Below the pieces are notes generated by a model. It was not told where the DNA came from. It saw only the letters and a program-made list of their open reading frames with translations, and did not search any database. A program made the translations under genes and the position numbers. This document shows, piece after piece, positions 55,450-64,000 of a stretch of 64,000 bases of DNA. The stretch's first letter is position 1. Every line of letters begins with the position of its first letter. Origin of the DNA: Nemertoderma westbladi (lineage: Eukaryota; Animalia; Xenacoelomorpha); contig JAUCBJ010002022.1 in assembly GCA_032718475.1 (NCBI GenBank), forward strand, positions 4,053 to 68,052, read 5' to 3'.

Positions 55450-58047
55450 ATGTCTCGAGCTGCTACTATGTTTGTATTCACCGCCAGTGCATTCTCAGTA
55501 GTGAGTCTCATTCCTATTGGGTCTGCTGCCATTCTAGAATATCAGACTGAGCATTCCTATAGGTACACCTTGAAAGTGGAGACCTTATTTCAAGATAACA
55601 GACCCAGGACGAGTTCCTTCGCCACCAAGAGTCCGTTAGAGGAATCACAGAAACATGAACTAATTCTCAGTTACATCGCAGTGGGGAGTAAGGCCTTGTA
55701 TGCCGTATGGTCTACTAAGGATGCTAATTTTATTCCATTTAGTTTCAATCTTCTGCCTTCTGGGTTTGTTGATAAAGTATATTTTTCAAGCAAAGACACA
55801 TCGTATGTCTCCAGGGCAACTAAGAAAGCAATATCTCGATTGTTTGAAGTACAGGGTGACGGCAAATACCCTGTAAGGACGCTAGATGGCAGAAAATGTA
55901 CTGCAGTCTACAAAACACATTCATCTTCCATTGTGAAATTATTGAGTGAGTGTGAGGGATTAGCGCCCCCTAGCGGCGTTCGCGGTAGTACCTACCGCAG
56001 CACTGTTGGCACTCACATCAGTCTGCTGGACAATAAAGTGATTAACCTGTCGGAAATAGAGGAGGAACACACAATAGCTTCGGAACTGGTTCCCAATTTG
56101 GGTGCCACTGTACGATCTACGGTAACTCTGGAACTAAAATCCGTCATACCAGGTGGAAAGTACCAATGGAAAGGCGGCATCGATAGTACCTTGGTGAACA
56201 TCCTGGGGAAGGGTTACGTTACAGAAGATCCTTTAATTGATGGGTCTGTCGATCACAGTGTAAAAACCGATAAATCGTTCTCAAAACTTGTTAAAGAGAA
56301 TTATTCCGCACTGCAGTCATGGAATCTTGCAACCATCGCAAGCGCACAATCATTCATTTCATTGGTTAATTTTATCAGAGCACATGGAACTCGAGTTGTT
56401 CTAAAGGAACAACTGGAAAATAGTAATAATAAGGCAATTATTCTCCAACTAATAGATATCTATGTGGCCGCGAACACAGAGGAGTCATTAGGGGCTCTTC
56501 TTGTTCGGTTGGATTTCAACAAACACGAGGGAATCCTGGAGGAAGAACGTTTCCTATTGGCTATCGGTAGATTGCAACGTCCACCTGTGTGGTTATTAGA
56601 TAAACTATTAACTTTATCCCAATCCAATATGGACAATAGCCATTTAAAGACATCCGTTACTCTCGCGGTGGGTTCCCTATATGCGTCGTATTGCCGGAGC
56701 GGCGGCGTGAATTGTATCGGTGATAAAACAGCCTCGAGAATCTCTAAATACCTGCTGGACGCTTTCTCGAATAGTAAATCAGCGGAAGTTAGTGCCAATT
56801 ATCTCGCGGCCATTAAGAATTCAGGGTTGACACCCGACGTGATAGAAACGGCTGTCAATGGGGAGGAATCACTGAGTATTCTTACTCTTCAGCTTATCTC
56901 CACCTACCCACGCGAATATTTCACTGACAGGATTAAGGACTATCTTTTACGTATCGCCTTGCGCTGGCACCCTCGGGGTCACAATGCCACTGCTAGGATG
57001 CTCGCAGCCGAGGCCTTGCTGTCCCACGGCCCAAGTCCCCAGCAATGCGAGGCTTTACTCGAGTCGGTTCGGGATCGCAGTTTGAGGGAAGTAGCTACGT
57101 TTATACTCCGTAAGATTCAGGATGTTGTTAGTTCTAAAGGTCCGTCCGCCACTACCTTGGCAACACTTCTACGACGTCCGGAGTTCAATAACTACGATTT
57201 CTTGGCTCCGGGAGGGAAGTCCAGCTCTTTGCGCGGAGTTGTGGCCCAGTCTGGTCCCGCGACGTCCTACTTCGTGTCGGCCACAATGTTCGGAAACTTT
57301 ACCACAATCAGTAGAAGTTCCAACTCGTTCTACGTATCGACGGGGGTTAACGATACGTTGACCTTCGTCTCCGTCGATGTCGGGCTCAGCGGTATCGACG
57401 GTTTAGTCGCGACAGACGCCCCTCAGGAGGAGCTCGATAAAGACCCTGAGGCCTGGCTCGGGTTGACCTTCATGGGCGGTCTCGTGCGGCCTCGTCAGCT
57501 GTTCCACGGACAGGGTGACGTCATGGGGAAGGTATGGAGTTACTCTGGGGCTGGACCAATCACAGCCCTGCAGTGCCTCTCCCCTTTGCTGGATTATCAG
57601 CGCCATCTAGTGTTACAGTCCGGTTATGTGATACGGGTTCGTTACATGGCTGGATTAAGTATGAATCTAGACGGAGCCTTCGATGTTAGTCTGTGGTCCC
57701 GTAACGCGGAGACCAATGTCCGTAGTCAGGGGGCTGTTGCCATGGTAGCCACGGTAGACGTGGATTTCGGTGCTTCGGTCGTGCAGTTGACGGCCAACGT
57801 ATCAGCGCAATCGGAAATGGATTTCTCGTCTAAAGTTGATTTCTACAACCAGCCAGCCAGAGTTTGTCTACGGATGAGTCAGTTAGATTCTCGTTACTAC
57901 GAGACCTATTCCCGTACTCATGGCAACCGGGTACCCAAACAAAGTCCGACGGTTGTCCGACGGTCGTACACCGCTCCTGGTCGTACTTATAGACTAACCA
58001 ATCTCAATTCCATCATGTGCAACGAAATGTTTGGATCGTACGATTAG
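55450..58047 (+). CDS. MTTP: Microsomal triglyceride transfer protein large subunit (large lipid transfer protein family), uninterrupted 865-aa ORF
   Basis: N-terminal hydrophobic signal peptide and MTP-like length. Motifs recalled from MTP: YRYTLKVETL, KKAISRLFE...DGRKCTAVY, ERFLLAIG, MGKVWS, SLWSRNAETNV, VCLRMSQ, and C-terminal PGRTYRLTNLNSIMCNEMF. Confidence 0.9.
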   Translation: MSRAATMFVFTASAFSVVSLIPIGSAAILEYQTEHSYRYTLKVETLFQDNRPRTSSFATKSPLEESQKHELILSYIAVGSKALYAVWSTKDANFIPFSFNLLPSGFVDKVYFSSKDTSYVSRATKKAISRLFEVQGDGKYPVRTLDGRKCTAVYKTHSSSIVKLLSECEGLAPPSGVRGSTYRSTVGTHISLLDNKVINLSEIEEEHTIASELVPNLGATVRSTVTLELKSVIPGGKYQWKGGIDSTLVNILGKGYVTEDPLIDGSVDHSVKTDKSFSKLVKENYSALQSWNLATIASAQSFISLVNFIRAHGTRVVLKEQLENSNNKAIILQLIDIYVAANTEESLGALLVRLDFNKHEGILEEERFLLAIGRLQRPPVWLLDKLLTLSQSNMDNSHLKTSVTLAVGSLYASYCRSGGVNCIGDKTASRISKYLLDAFSNSKSAEVSANYLAAIKNSGLTPDVIETAVNGEESLSILTLQLISTYPREYFTDRIKDYLLRIALRWHPRGHNATARMLAAEALLSHGPSPQQCEALLESVRDRSLREVATFILRKIQDVVSSKGPSATTLATLLRRPEFNNYDFLAPGGKSSSLRGVVAQSGPATSYFVSATMFGNFTTISRSSNSFYVSTGVNDTLTFVSVDVGLSGIDGLVATDAPQEELDKDPEAWLGLTFMGGLVRPRQLFHGQGDVMGKVWSYSGAGPITALQCLSPLLDYQRHLVLQSGYVIRVRYMAGLSMNLDGAFDVSLWSRNAETNVRSQGAVAMVATVDVDFGASVVQLTANVSAQSEMDFSSKVDFYNQPARVCLRMSQLDSRYYETYSRTHGNRVPKQSPTVVRRSYTAPGRTYRLTNLNSIMCNEMFGSYD

Positions 58048-59532
58048 TATTTATATATATATATTGATCTTATTGATGGTGTTCGTTATGGAATTTTAGT
58101 AGTGGGCACGTTAATAACCATTACTAAGAATGTCATTGTAATTCCACACCTATAGTTTAGTATTTTGTTTATTACTACAATTAATAACCTGTGCATTGGC
58201 GGTGTTTGTTTTATAAGTCGAATTGTTTGAAAACAATGAATTTGAATTGAATATGAATGGAAATCGAAATAGAAATAATATTGTTGTAAATATTGGTATT
58301 ATTAACAACACAATGCTACCTGGGGTGTTATATCTCGTGCATCTGGGGTGTTATATCTCATGCAGGTTGGCCATCTATCTACGTTATTGAATATCCCGGT
58401 TTACAATCAAGTTCTTCCTAAGAGTGTTTTATTAGCGCGGTTCGCCTTACCTTACCAATAAACACTGAGTAAGATTCGTTACCGAAGCTTGGAGGACAGT
58501 AAGCTTTGAGTTCAGGGTTTACTCAAGTTGGGGCGACATCAGCATGGTGTATTATCGATTTAGAAATCATTAAAATGTCAGTTGGAATTAGTTTTAGACC
58601 GAAAGGAACACGAGGGATATCTGGGGATAGAAAACAATTACAAACATCACACAAATAGTATATTTGTATATATATACTGCAAACAGTATATTTGTGGGAC
58701 AGTGCCCCCCCCCCCCCCCCCCCCCCAACTTTCTGACTGCGTAACCATAACTAATATCTCTAAGCTAAATAAATACCTGAAATGGTCAACTTGGGTAATT
58801 AATTTCTCAAGGAAATCTCATCACAGCAATTGGAATTATGCGGTTTTCAGTCTTATCAGCCTTCCCTCAGGATGAAGGCCTGATTAATTGTTAAGTTGTA
58901 TTTTTTGAGGGAAGTTATTTATTGGCCCTTCAAGTTGCTCAGGAATTATCATTAAAAGGCATGTAAAAGACATGTGACCACACTCGACCTCGACGGGTCC
59001 CCATTGACGACGGGACCCTGGGTGCAGCCCCCATCCCCTCCTTAAGACGGCTCTGAGAGGTGCAGTCGCATTACAGCAGCTGTACATTCACTATAGTGAA
59101 GTAAAGTAGAGATTACAGATCTAGGTGATTAACTTTACAATGTAACTGAAACTGATACTGGAAGAAGTTGTCGACGCAAATACAACAAACAAATCCTTTG
59201 TTTAATTATAAATACATTAAGCTAACGCCAACAGACTCTACTGATTACAGGCACTGCAAGCGTTACATTTTGCTTTCACTTTTTACAGCGTGGTTGAGAT
59301 TTCTTATAAATATTAATTAGTTCAGAACTTTTCTACTTGAAACTCTGTTAAAACCTCATTTGAGAACAAAATTCAATTAAAAATTGTACCCTTTTTTATG
59401 AACAATAATTATATATCTATTTTTTTTATCGGCAATGGTTTCGTTACAATTTTAGATTTAACGACATAGTAAAAAAACTAGATTTCTTGCTTGTAACTAT
59501 TAGAGACTCTAATCATTATTTTCTATTTGCAG

Positions 59533-59697
59533 CGGACGCCGGGTAAGAAGTTACCACGAGACGTGGATTCTCGCAACCTCGATCTGCATCTGTCCCCTTC
59601 GGACTTCCAGAAAGCGTTTCAGATGAGACCAGAAGAATTCTACTCGTTACCCAAATGGAAACGCGTTGAGTACAAACGGAAAGTCCATCTCCACTGA
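59533..59697 (+). CDS. ABLIM: abLIM terminal exon: villin headpiece domain (not in the ORF track)
   Basis: Acceptor ttctatttgcag|; translates RTPGKKLPRDVDSRNLDLHLSPSDFQKAFQMRPEEFYSLPKWKRVEYKRKVHLH*, matching the headpiece pattern LP.DVD...L..HLS..F...F.M...EFY.LP.WKR...K. Confidence 0.92.
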   Translation, partial: RTPGKKLPRDVDSRNLDLHLSPSDFQKAFQMRPEEFYSLPKWKRVEYKRKVHLH

Positions 59698-59920
59698 TTC
59701 TAGTGTGTACGTCTACTTTACGACCTAATTAATACTTGGTTCTATATTAAATGACGCAGACGGAGTATATTACATTATGCGGCGTATATTGTATGGTTTA
59801 TGCACACATTGTTCCAGATAATAATTTCTGCACACATTGTTCTTAATATTTTTTGCATACATTGTGCTGTGCATTAATAGACATTGTAGATTGTTCTGTG
59901 TAGTACTATTAATTTATGTA

Positions 59921-59926
59921 AATAAA
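59921..59926 (+). promoter_or_regulatory. Candidate polyadenylation signal for abLIM
   Basis: AATAAA about 220 nt after the stop codon; AT-rich context makes this weak. Confidence 0.3.
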
Positions 59927-60108
59927 TTATACTATACAGAATATAATATTCATTTTACACGTTCCTGCAAACAATATAATATTATATTACATTGTACCGC
60001 GCATGTATCCATTTGCTTACATTGTATTACATTGTTCTGGAGTGTGCGCAAGTCTTTCTTTACATTGTATGAGAGAGACTACATTTTACAATGTAGTCAA
60101 ACATTACC

Positions 60109-60361
60109 AGATAGAGGGGGAAACTGGACGCAATAAAAATTCATCCTTCTCCAGGGGAAATTTGACGCAAATAACAGCTGATTACTTCCAGAAATAAAAC
60201 TGTAACCTGTTCTATTGTATTTTGTTTATTGTTTTGGTTAAAATAACGTGCCACTGTAACCTGCTCCTTTCCCTAAATTGAGAATTTAACATTGAGGCGG
60301 GATATTAATTCGCCAAGGCGGGATTTGCGTCCAGTCCCCCCCCCCCCCCCCCCCCCTGTCT
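60109..60361 (-). mobile_element. MITE copy, same family as 32178-32447, inverted
   Basis: Reverse-complement match to 32178-32447 with both TIRs. Confidence 0.8.
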
Positions 60362-61022
60362 CAACTTTACATGAGCCTGTTATATTGTTAATTATAATTC
60401 GAATTACAAAAATTCATAAAAAAATACCAAATATATTAAATTAATGGTTTTTGAAAGATAATTCAAAGTCTATAATAGTAAGTCGTACTTGCATTTCTAT
60501 TGTTTTTATTGGTTTTGTCTCATAAACTATCTTAATCTTACAAATGTATCATAATATTGTATAAATTTGATCTGTGTTGGTTAAATAATTTTGTTCAATG
60601 GCACCTAAGTGTGCCTCCACACGTTGTGTTGTTTGGTGTAACGGATTTATATAGCTGGTTTGGATTTCTGGCTATCATACGGATTCTACTTATTTTGGAA
60701 GGTTCGCAAAATAATTTATCCTTTCAAATAAAAATATTTTATTCAATATAAAAAATCTTAAATTCTATGTAAATCATATTCAGCTATTTTATGGAATTTT
60801 GCCGCCAAGTTAGTATTTATTTGGCTGACCGTTTGTTTCTTCACGACGACACATGATAATTATGTCACGATATTAGCTTGCGTGACTCTTCGTGACAGGG
60901 GCGGATTCGTTGGACGTTGTGTACGCTCAATATAATTAAACCAAAATCTTTCACCATTCCTAATTAGTCGTTAAAAAGTCGATCCCTTCAGATGCAATGG
61001 AATCAATCTTTCTGCTTCGATT

Positions 61023-61853
61023 GAGTGACTGTTAATGCAGGTAGTAAGTGGCGATAGAGTGACCGGGTAATGCGGGTAGTAAGGGATGTATAAGTGGCGA
61101 TAGAGTGACCGGGTAATGCGGGTAGTAAGGGATGTATAAGTGGCGATAGAGTGACCGGGTAATGCGGGTAGTAAGGGATGTATAAGTGGCGATAGAGTGA
61201 CCGGGTAATGCGGGTAGTAAGGGATGTATAAGTGGCGATAGAGTGACCGGGTAATGCGGGTAGTAAGGGATGTATAAGTGGCGATAGAGTGACCGGGTAA
61301 TGCGGGTAGTAAGGGATGTATAAGTGGCGATAGAGTGACCTGGTAATGCGGGTAGTAAGGGATGTATAAGTGGCGATAGAGTGACCGGGTAATGCGGGTA
61401 GTAAGGGATGTGTAAGTGGCGATAGAGTGACCGGGTAATGCGGGTAGTAAGGGATGTATAAGTGGCGATAGAGTGACCGGGTAATGCGGGTAGTAAGGGA
61501 TGTATAAGTGGCGATAGAGTGACCGGGTAATGCGGGTAGTAAGGGATGTATAGGTGGCGATAGAGTGACCGGGTAATGCGGGTAGTAAGGGATGTATAAG
61601 TGGCGATAGAGTGACAGGGTAATGCGGGTAGTAAGGGATGTATAAGTGGCGATAGAGTGACCGGGTAATGCGGGTAGTAAGGGATGTATAGGTGGCGATA
61701 GAGTGACCGGGTAATGCGGGTAGTAAGGGATGTATAAGTGGCGATAGAGTGACAGGGTAATGCGGGTAGGAAGGGATGTATAAGTGGCGATAGAGTGACA
61801 GGGTAATGCGGGTAGTAAGGGATGTATGTGTATAAGAGTGTATAGAGTGACCG
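61023..61853. repeat. 46-bp minisatellite, about 17-18 copies
   Basis: Unit gtagtaagggatgtataagtggcgatagagtgaccgggtaatgcgg. Confidence 0.97.
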
Positions 61854-64000
61854 GAGAAGGTGCGATTGTTACCATCTGTCTTGGGGTGTTTGTTAAGATG
61901 TGTGTTACGGCCGTTCGTTACAAGGAATTGATTACAAATCGATTTTGTGAAACTGGTAAGATAAATATAAACAGTTGAGTTCGTTTGTGCTGAATCAGCT
62001 ATGGGCTCGGCTCATAACATAGCAGCTCGATTCTTCCTGACCTTAATTTACACCTATAATTTAGTTTACCCTATATTCTGTATTAATTAGTTAATTCCTA
62101 ATTAGTTATTTAAATGTTTTACGAACTCACCACACAATACTTTAATATTTAGAAATATAATTGGAATTAATCGATCTTTTAAGTATATATTTGTCAAATG
62201 TATTTTTATTTTCTTCTTTTTTTCTAATTACCAGATATAAATTCGAAGTTTGAGTTTTGATCTAATGTGCACTTTGCACTAGTGCTGTGCAGTGCAATTA
62301 AAGAGTAGTAAGTAGTTTAGGTGTATTATTCATAGGTGTAAACTTGCCGTAGTATATATATTGTATTGTGTTTCTATAGTATAGACAATTAATTACTTTT
62401 AATGAAAAAATATATCTTACACACATTGTTACATCCAATATTAAACAATAGTAAACAGTTGTGATTTAACTTATCAATTTTTAAATATTGTAAGGCGCTG
62501 CTATTAATTATAGCATTATGATTGATAGTTTGTTGTTTTGGTACAGTTACATTACTTCTCATAGCCAATATCTCTCTATATTTATTTGATATTATTTAAC
62601 GCATTTTTATCTAAAAATAACGTAACTACAATAAATCCATTAAGACTTTGCTTGAAACAATGATTTTGTGATATTAATTAATTCTTAATAACAACTGATA
62701 ATTTTACAGTTTTAAGTGTGGTGCTAAACTCTGCAACTTTCCTATTTTATTAAATAATTATAATTAGAGAATAATTTATTGGAATGTTAGGTAATTAATT
62801 ATTTATTAATTTATTTATTAATTACTTATATATTATGTATAATTAGTTTAGTGATGGTGAAATTAAATAATTTTATATGTTTTAGGTTTTAGTTGCTGTC
62901 TATTGCATGCAGACTCACCAAATCTTCCTTTGGATTTGCACCATTATATTTTTTAATCATTCGATTTGTGAACAGAATTAGCTATTATTTTAGAGTTTGG
63001 CCCTTCACTACGTGTGTAGGAGGCACCATTGTTTGTCCTCTCCCTCTGGACTAACACCAGGTATGTTTTGCTTTAAAAGGTAGGGAAACACACCTTATGG
63101 AAGTCGCTGTTACAACTAACAACGGGGTAGATAATGTAGGCTACTTAAAGTGTAATGTTTTATTGTTTTTGCAGCTCACCATATTATAACATATGATAGT
63201 TTTCTATAGTCCAGGCAAACAATGTATAAACTTTATTTTTTTCCTTCGATAGTTATTTCCCGATCTGATAATTTTCCTCTGAATGGGAAATAATCAAAAT
63301 CAGAAAAGATATTTTTAAATTTTTTTTATTCGAATTTATTCAGAAACTTTGCGCGCAGAATTAATCCTTTAAATTAAAATTTTTGTTTTTGAGAAGAAAT
63401 GTCACATATAATCGCGCAACACTGTTTAATTAAATGCATTTTTCGTGTTTAATAACATTTGCGTGGACAATATGAAAACTATGGGAAATTAAATTAGGTT
63501 TAGTAATGGTACATTGATTGATTGTGTATTGTATTGGTGCTTCTTGTTACTTTATTCGTTTGCAGTATACAAAGTGCACAGTATTTTATTACCCTGTAGT
63601 TTATTTATCTGCAAGTTGTCGCTATTTTGGTTGTTGAACATTAAATTTGCTTAGCTGTAGAGTATCTATAGATTTTCAATATTATAATATTATTTATAAT
63701 AGTTATAGAATACAATGATAATTGAAATCAAACTTATCCATATTTTAATTTCTTCGCTCAGAACGCCCCCCCCCCCCCCCCCCCCACCCCCCGCATAAAC
63801 ATAGTGAGAAATTCACTCCCCATATTAATTTGACTCTGTGAAATTATACCCAGAGATTTCTTTGAATAGCTCAGAAAGTATTTACTGGAATAAATTGAAA
63901 TATTTGCATATTTGGCTGTAAATATAATGCATAACAAGGGGCCAATCCCTCCCTGCCCATTGTGCGAAACCTCCCCACATGTTTGGGGGGTTTGGCATGT

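Noticed and set aside
55671-57606. Short antisense and alternative-frame ORFs inside MTP
   Set aside because: Shadow ORFs of a real coding sequence.
3758-61853. CRISPR array interpretation of the repeats
   Set aside because: No unique spacers, no cas genes, and the DNA is eukaryotic with spliceosomal introns.
61003-61875. 290-aa His/Pro/Tyr-rich ORF
   Set aside because: Translation of the 46-bp minisatellite.
62880-63200. Splice-like motifs on both strands near the window end
   Set aside because: No consistent frame or recognisable product could be built.

Overview
AT-rich, intron-containing animal (invertebrate-like) genomic DNA, more than half of it tandem repeat. Most long ORFs in the track are repeat artefacts. 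The real coding content is (i) five + strand exons of an actin-binding LIM protein gene (abLIM/unc-115 family: LIM domains plus C-terminal villin headpiece) spanning 22337-59697, with its 5' exons not located, and (ii) an intronless 865-aa microsomal triglyceride transfer protein (MTP large subunit) ORF nested on the same strand in the last abLIM intron. The most striking pattern is that the large satellites start at splice donors. The 22-bp array (8.2 kb) and the 43/32-bp array (9.7 kb) each begin at a homology-supported abLIM 5' splice site, and their units are copies of the exon end plus donor, giving hundreds of tandem AG|GT decoys. The 34/42-bp array and the 16-kb 60/64-bp array begin at candidate minus-strand donors, and the latter almost exactly fills a candidate GT-AG intron. 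Several non-autonomous DNA elements are also present. Exon models were read by eye and protein comparisons are from memory, not from database searches.
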